From: Nitrospirota bacterium
Lineage (GTDB): Bacteria > JACPQY01
Assembly (NCBI GenBank): GCA_016180645.1
Contig: JACPAV010000033.1
Location: 62,001-95,842, forward strand
Direction: 5' to 3'
DNA length: 33,842 nt
Below are positions 9,498 to 17,100 of this stretch, piece after piece. The position numbers were made by a program, and so were the translations under genes. Within the stretch, counting starts at the first letter, position 1, and each line of letters opens with the position of its first letter. Under the pieces are notes generated by a model. The model saw only the letters and a program-made list of their open reading frames with translations. It was not told the origin of the DNA and searched no databases.

Positions 9498-11126
9498 TCA
9501 GAAGACGTCGGTTACGAAGGGGTTGAGGAGCCGGAGGAGGAGGCGCCGTTGGAGGCTTGTATCCGGCAACTGATCGAAACCTTCGTAGGCGATTCCGATG
9601 ACCCAGCCTTCGAGGGCGGATTCGGAGTATGTGAACGAGGCCATGGAGGACCACAGGCCGACGATTTTGGGGGTATCCAGCGACTGGATGGCCCACGAGA
9701 ACGCCTCGGCGGCTCCCGGGTCGGCGACTTGGACGGCCAGTTTGAGGTCTCCGGTGGCGCCATCCCGGTAGGAGATGAGCGGACGCTGGTTGGGTCCCAT
9801 GGCGATGGTGCTCTCGAGACCGGTTCCCGGATCGATGCCGTCTTCCACGATCTGGCCGACCCATTCTTCGAGGAGAACTTCGCCTTCCGACTGGCTGAAT
9901 TCGGTGAGGTTTTCTTCGCTGACCAGCACGAGATTCGCGGGCCGGCCATCTCCAATGGGAGCCACTTCCTCCCTGACTTGCAATGTTCCGCGGTCGAAGT
10001 TCTTGATGCGGCGGAAGCGCGGGTACCACCGTTTCAGGTTCGCATCGTAGACGATGTATTTCAGATCGCCGGCGAGCGCATCGGTGTAGCTGATGTGGAG
10101 GCGGCCGCGGTGATCCACGGTCACGGAGGCCCATCGGCCGACGTCGCTTGGCGTGCCGTCGCCCGGACTTTGGGGGCCGGCTTGGAGATCGTCAAGGGTC
10201 GTGATTTCCCATTCGCCGCCCACCACGGGTTTTTGGGCGAGTTTGAGATCGCCGTTGGGCTGACCGCCGCCCTCGCGGTTGGGATCGTAGTAGACGATGT
10301 ACACGGTGTCCGGCTGGTGTTCGGCATCGGCTGCCGAGATGGCGATGGAGGTTTTGCTCGGATCATCGCCGCGGGCGAGTTGGTTGGGATCGAGGAGGAC
10401 TCCGGCGACAGGCGGTTTGTCGCCATCCACCGCGGGATCCCATTCGCCGCCTTCCTCGGGCCGTTGCCGGTCCCACCGGAGGTACTTTACCGCCCCTTTC
10501 CGGGTGGGGTCGAACGAGACATAGGCGGCATGGATGCTGCCCGATTCGTCCAGCACGGCGGAGATCCACTGGCCGACGTTTCGTGATTCGGAGTCGAGGG
10601 TCACGATCTTGTGTTCCCAGACGCCGTCTTTCCGCTTGGTGGAGCCCCAGGCATATTTGATCTGCTTGTTGTCGTCGTCGTAGTACACGATGTGGGGTCG
10701 GCCGGTTGGGTCCACGTTGAGGGCGTTCCATTTTCCCATGCCATCGCCCTCTTTGTGGGTTCCCTTGTCTACGGGCTGGCCCTTGACGGTCCGTTTCTGG
10801 CCGGTGGGAAGTCCGAACTGGTCCACCTCGTCGAATTCGACGGTGGGGATCCACTTGCCCGCGCCTTCGGCCGTCTTGGCGAAGTAGATGTATTTGAGCC
10901 CCTTCTCCTTGAGATCGTAGTAGGTGAGATGGGGCATGCCGCGCACGTCGAACTTGAGGGAGGCGCCGATGCCGGCGTCCGAGGAGTCATCGACGACGAT
11001 GGAAGGGACGGGCAGCGGGCGGACGGAGTCGTGGCTGCCGGCGCGGCCGCACGCGGCGATACACGCCGCCGAGGCGGCGAGCATCGCCGCATTTGAGATT
11101 TGAGATTTGAAATTTGAAATTTTCAT
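9498..11126 (-). CDS. Beta-propeller-like lipoprotein, paralog 2 (542 aa)
   Basis: The likely start is ATG 11126, overlapping the upstream TGA (TGATG): MKISNFKSQISNAAMLAASAACIAACGR, lipobox IAAC. Recurrent blade motif G.w.s...D..G.PHI.YYD....lKY. The 944-aa ORF call is over-extended at its N-terminus. Confidence 0.8.
   Translation of the reverse strand: MKISNFKSQISNAAMLAASAACIAACGRAGSHDSVRPLPVPSIVVDDSSDAGIGASLKFDVRGMPHLTYYDLKEKGLKYIYFAKTAEGAGKWIPTVEFDEVDQFGLPTGQKRTVKGQPVDKGTHKEGDGMGKWNALNVDPTGRPHIVYYDDDNKQIKYAWGSTKRKDGVWEHKIVTLDSESRNVGQWISAVLDESGSIHAAYVSFDPTRKGAVKYLRWDRQRPEEGGEWDPAVDGDKPPVAGVLLDPNQLARGDDPSKTSIAISAADAEHQPDTVYIVYYDPNREGGGQPNGDLKLAQKPVVGGEWEITTLDDLQAGPQSPGDGTPSDVGRWASVTVDHRGRLHISYTDALAGDLKYIVYDANLKRWYPRFRRIKNFDRGTLQVREEVAPIGDGRPANLVLVSEENLTEFSQSEGEVLLEEWVGQIVEDGIDPGTGLESTIAMGPNQRPLISYRDGATGDLKLAVQVADPGAAEAFSWAIQSLDTPKIVGLWSSMASFTYSESALEGWVIGIAYEGFDQLPDTSLQRRLLLRLLNPFVTDVF
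11091..11118 (-). repeat. Heptamer tandem repeat x4 in the signal-peptide n-region
   Basis: Plus strand ATTTGAG ATTTGAG ATTTGAA ATTTGAA, encoding about SNFKSQISN. Confidence 0.85.
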
Positions 11127-12727
11127 CAGGTGCCCAGCTTCTCGAAGTATCGGAAGAGCAGGGTATGTTTCCGACTGCCCGTTTCGAGGATCTCGTAGCC
11201 TTGGTAGGCAATTCCCACTTTGAAATCTTCGGGCGTTTTTCCAGGGATCGTGCGGAGCGAGGACCAGATGCCCACGGTTTTCACATTGTCCAGTGGAACG
11301 GTGGCCCAGGCGTGTCCGGTGGGCGAGGGTGTGAGTGAATCCTGGAAGGCGATCTTGAGATCGCCCGTGGTGCCATCGCGGTAGGACAGGATCGCGCGGT
11401 TGAAGGGATCCAGCGTCATGGCTGCGCCCACCCCCGTGCCTGCTCCGGAGCCGTTGTCCACGATCTCGCCGGCCCATTCTTCGAGAACGGTCGTGCCTGT
11501 GCCGGACACATCGCTCATCGGCAGTTCGCTGACTACGCGGATGTCCGGTGTGCCGTCTTCCTTCGGCGGGAGTTCCACCTGGAGCTGGTTCTTCCCGACG
11601 TCGAAGTTCTTTACCCGCCTGTAGCGCGGGTACCACAGGCTGGTGGAGGGGTTGTACAAGATCTGTTTGAGGTCTTTGTTCGTCTCGTCGGCATACGCGA
11701 TGTGGAGGATGCCTTTCGAGTCGATCTCGGCGGCGGTCCACGTGCCGACGTTGTCTTGGTGCGTATCTCCGCCCACGGTCTTGTCCGTGCTGCCCGGTAC
11801 TTTGCTCGGCGGCAGATCGTCCAGGATTTGTACGGCAAACGGCGATCCGGAGGGCGCCGAGATGTTTCGACGGGCGAGTCGGAGGTCGCCGTCCGAGGAT
11901 GAATAGTAGACGACAAAGACATCCTGTTTGGAGAGGGCGATGGCGGTGCGCGAACCCTCGGCGGTGGCGAGCGGTTTCCCTACGGGCTCCGTGCCGGGAA
12001 AGTTTCCGAGGTCGACCAGATCGATGGTCTCGATTCGGGGCCGGTCTTTCTGCGATTCCTCGTCCCACGAGCGGTTCCATCGGAGGTACTTCACTTTTTT
12101 GAACTGGCCGTCCGTGTAGGCCACATGGATGTTCTGGGGGGTTGCGTCGTCCATCGCGGCCGTGAGCCATCTGCCGACGATTGCGCCTTCGGAGTCCAGG
12201 AAGACTTTCTTGAAGACCCAGGAGCCGTCGCCCGCTTGGCCGATGGCCCAGGCGTACTTGAGCTGGCGGGTGTCCCCGTCGTAGTAGACGATGTGGGGCC
12301 GATCTTCTCGGTCCAGCACGAGCCAGTTCCAATAGCCCACGCCTTTCCCGGAGCGCGGACCCATGTCCACGATTTGCCCGCGGATGATCGTCAGATCGTT
12401 CTCCAGTTTTCCGCAGTCCTTGTAGTTCGGCTCGGCCGTTTTGACTTGAGGCTGCCAGTTGAACCGGCCCGGCTCCACTTGGACGCCTTCGATGTATTTC
12501 AGGGCCTTGCAGCCGGCGTCGTAGTAGCTGATGTGGGCGTTTTTCTTGGAGTCGAATTTGAGGGAGGGGGCGATGCCTGCGTCCGAGGTGTTGTCGATCA
12601 CGGAGCCCGGTGTGAAGGGAATGCGGAAACTGTCCTCGCCGCCGGAGCGGCCGCAGGCGGCAGCGAAGGCTGCCGCCGTGATGAGTGATGAGTAATGTGT
12701 GAAGCGACGGATCATGCCAAGAGCCAT
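11126..12727 (-). CDS. Beta-propeller-like lipoprotein, paralog 1 (533 aa)
   Basis: GGAGGG SD. Lipobox FAAAC-GR. Repeated AHISYYD/PHIVYYD/IHVAYTD/LHIAYAD blades. Colinear with the downstream paralog (WYPRYRRVKNFD vs WYPRFRRIKNFD; SYRDGTTGDLK vs SYRDGATGDLK). Confidence 0.82.
   Translation of the reverse strand: MALGMIRRFTHYSSLITAAAFAAACGRSGGEDSFRIPFTPGSVIDNTSDAGIAPSLKFDSKKNAHISYYDAGCKALKYIEGVQVEPGRFNWQPQVKTAEPNYKDCGKLENDLTIIRGQIVDMGPRSGKGVGYWNWLVLDREDRPHIVYYDGDTRQLKYAWAIGQAGDGSWVFKKVFLDSEGAIVGRWLTAAMDDATPQNIHVAYTDGQFKKVKYLRWNRSWDEESQKDRPRIETIDLVDLGNFPGTEPVGKPLATAEGSRTAIALSKQDVFVVYYSSSDGDLRLARRNISAPSGSPFAVQILDDLPPSKVPGSTDKTVGGDTHQDNVGTWTAAEIDSKGILHIAYADETNKDLKQILYNPSTSLWYPRYRRVKNFDVGKNQLQVELPPKEDGTPDIRVVSELPMSDVSGTGTTVLEEWAGEIVDNGSGAGTGVGAAMTLDPFNRAILSYRDGTTGDLKIAFQDSLTPSPTGHAWATVPLDNVKTVGIWSSLRTIPGKTPEDFKVGIAYQGYEILETGSRKHTLLFRYFEKLGT
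12678..12698 (-). repeat. Heptamer tandem repeat x3 in the signal peptide
   Basis: Plus strand GTGATGA GTGATGA GTAATGT, encoding THYSSLIT. Confidence 0.65.
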
Positions 12728-12739
12728 CAGAGTGCCCTC

Positions 12740-12812
12740 CCGCTCATGCTTCGACGGCGCTCAGCACGAGCGGAAAAAAGCCGTTCGCCCTTGGCCTGTC
12801 GAAGGGTGAACG
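12740..12812. repeat. Inverted doublet of CTTCGAC...CTCAG-type hairpin repeats (REPIN-like) within the operon
   Basis: CCGCTCATGCTTCGACGGCGCTCAGCACGAGCGG and CGTTCGCCCTTGGCCTGTCGAAGGGTGAACG. Each folds into a hairpin, and the two are related in opposite orientation. Confidence 0.7.
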
Positions 12813-12832
12813 CGGCGTTGGCCCTCCAAAGC

Positions 12833-15800
12833 CTACCAACCAAGTTTCCTCCGAGAGAGCCAGAGGAGGGGTGCGATCAGGAGAAGGACGGCAGAGCCCA
12901 TGGGCGCTGATGATCCGAAGGGGATGGACGCGCAGGCGCCTCCGCCCCCTGGCGCGTCTTCCTGCACGCGGAACGGGTGGGAGATTTCGCTGACGTTTTC
13001 CGCGTCGTCCTTGGCGCGCAGCTTCAGCTCATGGTCGCCGAGGGCGAGATCACGGAACTTGAGATCGCGCCGATCGGAGAACTCGCTCCAGGCATTCCGA
13101 TCCAGACTGTAGGAGACCAGAATCTTCTCTTCCGGCGTCTGGACATCGTTGACGGATACGGTGAACTTGGGACTTTCCCGCACGATCGTATTCTGGGTGC
13201 CCAGGAGGCGGATGTCCGGTCCCGCGGAGTCGACGCGGAAGTAGAGTGTGGCGGGCGAGGCATCGACGATGTTGTCCGCCGAGCGCGACTTGATTTCCAG
13301 GCGGTGGAGACCTTCGTACAGGCCGGGGAGCATGGCGTAGCGGTCGCCCGTGTAGATGTGCCACGGGCCGAAATCGAGCTTCCACGAGAAATCCTTGGCG
13401 CCGTTCTCACCCGCGAAATCGAGGACGGAGTCGAACGTGGTGATTCCCGCTTTCTTGGTTTCCAAGGCGTTCAGGACCAGCCGATCGCCGAAACGCCCGT
13501 CGGTGAGTTGGACGAAGGTGTCCGGCTCGAGGGCCGCGTAGTCGGGAATCGGTTGTTGGCGCGCTGGAGCGGCGCTGGGGCAGGTCGGATTCGGGAGTGT
13601 GGCGCAGACGGTGTCGCCGGAGGGCGGCTTCGCGCAGTACTTGGCGCGAACCGTGCTGCACGTGCCGGCCTGCGGGCAGAGGCTGCAGAGCTGGGCGAGA
13701 ATCGGCTTGCACATGCCGTCCATGGCCTTCGCGGGATCGGCTTCGCAGAGAAAGCCCGTCACGAGATTCCAGAGGTCCTTCGGTCCGATGATGTCCGGGT
13801 CCGTGTCGGCGTCGTTCTCGCTGTCCAGCAGGTTGAGGCCGATGCCGAGGTAGTCGCCTTTGTCCTGGTCGTCCGCCACGGTGTTGCCCCGATCGTCCGT
13901 GATGGGGAAGGGATCTTTATCATCGCCCATCGGATCGATGATGAGGTCGAACATCGGGAGCGTCATGCCCAGGAGTTCGTTGGGGTTCACTTCGATCTCT
14001 CCCACGAGACCCGCCACGACGCCGATGAGGAGGCCGAAGAGATCGGAGACAAACTGGTGGGGCGGTTTTTTGGCTTTGTCGAACACTTCCGTGTTGAAGG
14101 TGAACGCCTTGATGTCCGGGGCGTTCTCGATGCCGATGCCGAGGACCATCGTCCAGCTCGGGTTTCCCTGACTGTCCTTGATGGGTTGCCCCTGATCGTT
14201 CTTCACTTTGCGGGTTACGTCGATGCCGACGCCGAGATCCATTCCGAGGTCGACTTCGGCGGCCGTCTGGTAATTCTTGGCGCGGTCCACGTCTACTTGG
14301 ATTCCGAATCCCAGATGGGGGATGCGGGCGAGGATGTCCGATTGGATTTCTTTCCCGTTGGCGCTGAGGATCTTGCCGCCGATCAACAGCGTCGGAGTGT
14401 CTTCAAGCTGAACGTAGCGGCCGTCTTTCGGATCGACGAGTTTTGGAGCGATGCTGAACTTCACTTCGGCGTTGGGGAAGGCCTTGGACAGGTCGCCCCA
14501 GAGGAACCCGATCTTGTCCGTGTTGAAGAAGTCCGCCGGGTTGATGCCCCCCAGGCTGCTGGAGTCGCTGCCGAGGGATCCCATCAGGGTCGAAACGAGA
14601 GCCGCATCGATCCCGATGCAGGCCACGCCGGAGGTGAGCGCGTTGTACATGACGGCGCTGAGGACGTCTTGGTGGAGACCGATGCCGAGCATCTGGTTGG
14701 AGAAGATGAGCGGTGTGATCTCGGTGATGATGGGAGCGGCGGAGGGCGGCCGCAGGACGCAGTTGAACTCCTTCGGATAGTCGAGCCCGATGCCCAGACC
14801 GCCCTTGAGCTCGACGCCGCCCTTCTCGGTTTTGGGATCGCAGAATCCGGAGTTCTTCCCGTTGCAATCCGCGAGGAAATCGAAGTTGAAGCCGAGGTTG
14901 AGCGTGATGCACCCTTTGGTGAGAGGGTGTTCGATGCCGCCGGAGGCCGAGCAGGTGGAGGCGGTGGACGTGGTGGACGAGCTGCCGCCGAGGCCGGGAA
15001 TGAGGCTGCTGCCGCTGCCGCCCGTGAGGCCGGCCAGGAGGCTGGAGGCATCCATGATCGGCGTGGGCCCGAAGTACTTGGCCACGGCCTTGTCGAACTC
15101 GTTGGTGAGTTCCAGCTTGAGGTTCAGCTCGAGGAAGGGCAGGAGGCTGGCGAACTTCTTCGAGAGGGCATCGGGGTTGCTCGGAAGCTCCAGTTTAATG
15201 TTGAAGCCGGTCCCCATTTTCACGTACGGGAGTTCCAAGGCGAGGCTGGTGCCGGGGTTGAGCGGCCGGAGCGGTTCGCCGTTTGCGTCGGCGGATACGG
15301 GATCTCCGCCGAGGGGACGGAGGGCAAGCGAGAGAGTGAGATTGGGGATGTTGCCCTTGGCGTTAACCGTGACGAATTTGGCCGGATCGGCGACGTATTG
15401 GCTTGGATCGGTCGGATCGGGTTTGGGGCCTCCGCCTTCCTGGACGGCGCAATCCGCCTCACCGGTGCGCGTGGGGGCGCGGAACTTGAAGTCGGCCGAC
15501 ATGGGGGCGAGGTCCACCACCACGGCGAGGGCCTTCTTGTCCATGTCCGGCTTGAAGCCGAGTTCGCGCACGGTGTAGTCGAGGGACTTGCCGTCGTTGT
15601 CGAGATCTTCGATGTAGAGCGCAAGGCACATGTCCGGGATGAAGGGATCGAGGCCGAATTTGAATTCGAAGAGCGCATCCCCGCTGCCGCCGAGAAGATC
15701 CGTCACCAGGCCGGCGAGGATGTTCTTGGTCATGTTCAGTTCGGCGTCCTTGTTGGCGGGGTTGGAGTAGTTGCAGCGGTCTTCCTTGCCGAGGAGGCAG

Positions 15801-16051
15801 TTCAGGGTTCGGTTGAGGTAATCGAGGAGGGTGTTGTCGATGCGCAGGTCGAAGGAGTTGCAGAGGTCGCACTTGCCGTCCGCGTCCACGTCGAAGGAGG
15901 GGATTTTGACGGTGAGCGGTTTGGCCGGCGCGGTGCTTGAGCTTGAACTCGATCCGAGGCAGGAGCTGTTGCAACTGCTCCCTCCGGACGAACACGCGAA
16001 AACGGCGAGAAATGCGGCGAGAAGAACGCCTAGTCTGAACTTGTGTCTCAT
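12833..16051 (-). CDS. Large surface lipoprotein: BPI/LBP(TULIP)-like region, two Ig-like domains, MYXO-CTERM-like tail (1072 aa)
   Basis: Start ATG 16051 with GGAGG SD: MRHKFRLGVLLAAFLAVFAC. Segment QMLGIGLHQDVLSAVMYNALTSG...GDLSKAFPNAEVKFSI...TPTLLIG. Ig-like FSWKLD..W..EGLHRLEIKSR. Tail GGGGACAS...VLLLIAPLLWLSRRK. Confidence 0.8.
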   Translation of the reverse strand: MRHKFRLGVLLAAFLAVFACSSGGSSCNSSCLGSSSSSSTAPAKPLTVKIPSFDVDADGKCDLCNSFDLRIDNTLLDYLNRTLNCLLGKEDRCNYSNPANKDAELNMTKNILAGLVTDLLGGSGDALFEFKFGLDPFIPDMCLALYIEDLDNDGKSLDYTVRELGFKPDMDKKALAVVVDLAPMSADFKFRAPTRTGEADCAVQEGGGPKPDPTDPSQYVADPAKFVTVNAKGNIPNLTLSLALRPLGGDPVSADANGEPLRPLNPGTSLALELPYVKMGTGFNIKLELPSNPDALSKKFASLLPFLELNLKLELTNEFDKAVAKYFGPTPIMDASSLLAGLTGGSGSSLIPGLGGSSSTTSTASTCSASGGIEHPLTKGCITLNLGFNFDFLADCNGKNSGFCDPKTEKGGVELKGGLGIGLDYPKEFNCVLRPPSAAPIITEITPLIFSNQMLGIGLHQDVLSAVMYNALTSGVACIGIDAALVSTLMGSLGSDSSSLGGINPADFFNTDKIGFLWGDLSKAFPNAEVKFSIAPKLVDPKDGRYVQLEDTPTLLIGGKILSANGKEIQSDILARIPHLGFGIQVDVDRAKNYQTAAEVDLGMDLGVGIDVTRKVKNDQGQPIKDSQGNPSWTMVLGIGIENAPDIKAFTFNTEVFDKAKKPPHQFVSDLFGLLIGVVAGLVGEIEVNPNELLGMTLPMFDLIIDPMGDDKDPFPITDDRGNTVADDQDKGDYLGIGLNLLDSENDADTDPDIIGPKDLWNLVTGFLCEADPAKAMDGMCKPILAQLCSLCPQAGTCSTVRAKYCAKPPSGDTVCATLPNPTCPSAAPARQQPIPDYAALEPDTFVQLTDGRFGDRLVLNALETKKAGITTFDSVLDFAGENGAKDFSWKLDFGPWHIYTGDRYAMLPGLYEGLHRLEIKSRSADNIVDASPATLYFRVDSAGPDIRLLGTQNTIVRESPKFTVSVNDVQTPEEKILVSYSLDRNAWSEFSDRRDLKFRDLALGDHELKLRAKDDAENVSEISHPFRVQEDAPGGGGACASIPFGSSAPMGSAVLLLIAPLLWLSRRKLGW

Positions 16052-16070
16052 TGATCCCTCCATCTGGGCA

Positions 16071-16099
16071 AACGTATCAGTATCATGATTACCTGTCAA
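16071..16099 (-). promoter_or_regulatory. Putative sigma70 promoter of the surface-protein operon
   Basis: TTGACA (16099-16094), 17 bp, TACGTT (16076-16071), with a TGn extended -10. Confidence 0.55.
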
Positions 16100-16112
16100 C
16101 CGATATTAACCC

Positions 16113-16129
16113 TGCAAGGTGATGGCCAA
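16113..16129 (-). promoter_or_regulatory. Putative sigma54 (-24/-12) promoter
   Basis: TTGGCCATCACCTTGCA: GG-N10-GC spacing with TTGGC and TTGCA matching the RpoN consensus. Confidence 0.65.
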
Positions 16130-16159
16130 AGCCTTGGGAAACAGGTTGCAATCCATTGA

Positions 16160-16172
16160 AATCAATAGATTG
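16160..16172 (+). promoter_or_regulatory. Putative IHF binding site
   Basis: AATCAA-TAGA-TTG matches WATCAAN4TTR exactly, in an AT-rich tract about 30 bp upstream of the -24 box. Confidence 0.55.
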
Positions 16173-16270
16173 TTCAAGTATCGATGCGGGCTGTCGGAAA
16201 TTGGGGACAAAAGGGACCGGCATCGGGTAATTAGTTCTTTTCCCAACGTGTCGTCGCGTTGGGATTGAAT

Positions 16271-16399
16271 AGCTGTCAGCGGTCAGCTTTCAGCGGTCAG
16301 CTTCCGGAAGGATTGGTCACTGGGTACGGACAGGACGTTTAGGAATGGGCCTTGATTCTGATGCGTTTCTGGTGAGCTGACAGCTGAATGCTGATCGCT
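16271..16399. repeat. Two inverted arrays of NNTCAGC heptamers enclosing ~75 bp
   Basis: AGC-TGTCAGC-GGTCAGC-TTTCAGC-GGTCAGC (16271-16301) and GCTGACA-GCTGAAT-GCTGATC-GCT (16376-16399). Confidence 0.8.
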
Positions 16400-16412
16400 C
16401 AGTGCTGGAAGC

Positions 16413-16916
16413 CTATTTTGGGGACATCTGCTCACGGACTTCTTGGAGGAGGTCCTCGGTGATCAGGGTGACTCCTCGCTGCCGGGCGACTCGTTCGATT
16501 TCCTGCTGGACCATAGGGCGTATGAAGAGAGGGATTCTCTCAAGGCGGAGTTCGGCATCGGTAGTCCACGCGAGGGAAGGGCGAGGCTCCACCGAGGGCT
16601 TTTTTGCCTCGTCGGCTGCAAGCATTTGCGGAAAAGGACACCCTGCGCCTGTGCTCGGTGCGACGTTCGACGTTCGACGTTCGACACTCGTTTCGAGGGA
16701 CTGGCGGGTCATTTCGAGAGGCTGGGCCGGGGCGTCGCGCCCCCCAACCTTGACACCCAGTGCGTTTACCATCTGGGTTTCACCGGGATTCGTCACCATG
16801 GAGAATCGGTGGCCGCACTGGGGGCAGGAGAATGTTATACCGAGCGATCCATCGGAGATCTTCTCCTGCTCCGCATAGGTCATGAACGTTTCACAGGATC
16901 GACAAACGAATTTCAC
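16413..16916 (-). CDS. Zinc-ribbon/CxxC protein with C-terminal PCP_red-like domain
   Basis: 167 aa. GTG start with GGAGG SD. CRSC...CPQC, GCPF, and C-terminal WTTDAELRLERIPLFIRPMVQQEIERVARQRGVTLIT resembling the BchB C-terminal (PCP_red) domain. Confidence 0.8.
   Translation of the reverse strand: MKFVCRSCETFMTYAEQEKISDGSLGITFSCPQCGHRFSMVTNPGETQMVNALGVKVGGRDAPAQPLEMTRQSLETSVERRTSNVAPSTGAGCPFPQMLAADEAKKPSVEPRPSLAWTTDAELRLERIPLFIRPMVQQEIERVARQRGVTLITEDLLQEVREQMSPK
16661..16685. repeat. Heptamer repeat (CGACGTT)x3.5 inside the CDS linker
   Basis: CGACGTT CGACGTT CGACGTT CGAC. Three units are 21 nt, so the frame is kept (VERRTSNV). Confidence 0.85.
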
Positions 16917-16959
16917 GGCGGTCCTCCCTTCGTCAGCCTTAGTGCGTCTAACAGAATGC

Positions 16960-17076
16960 GTAGGGGAGTGTCTTCAGACCCTCCCAACAAGAGGGAGCAA
17001 CCAAGAGGGAGCACCTGTAGGTGCTCCCCTACGAGGAGGCAAGGACAAGAGGGAGCATCTGAAGATGCTCCCCTAC
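16960..17076. repeat. Cluster of three GTAG-type REP palindromes (BIME-like)
   Basis: GTAGGGGAGTGTCTTCAGACCCTCCC (+, 16960-16985); GGGAGCACCTGTAGGTGCTCCCCTAC (17007-17032) and GGGAGCATCTGAAGATGCTCCCCTAC (17051-17076) in the opposite orientation. CAAGAGGGAGCA occurs three times. Confidence 0.85.
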
Positions 17077-17100
17077 GAATCGGCAATCTGTTAGCGGCTC

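Noticed and set aside
11127-12332. N-terminal 402 aa of the 944-aa ORF
   Set aside because: Arg/Pro-rich off-frame overlap with the 533-aa gene. The signal peptide and paralogy begin at ATG 11126.
7531-15940. Long plus-strand ORFs (680, 371 and 987 aa), plus similar antisense ORFs at 1557-4631 and 28545-32974
   Set aside because: Antisense open frames expected from GC-rich codon bias, with no motifs.
16413-16916. Photosynthesis (DPOR) gene
   Set aside because: Only the small PCP_red-like tail is present, with no BchB catalytic body or other bch genes.
16960-17076. Possible mini CRISPR array
   Set aside because: Units are in mixed orientation with short, repeat-derived spacers and GTAG ends, and there are no cas genes. 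This fits REP elements.
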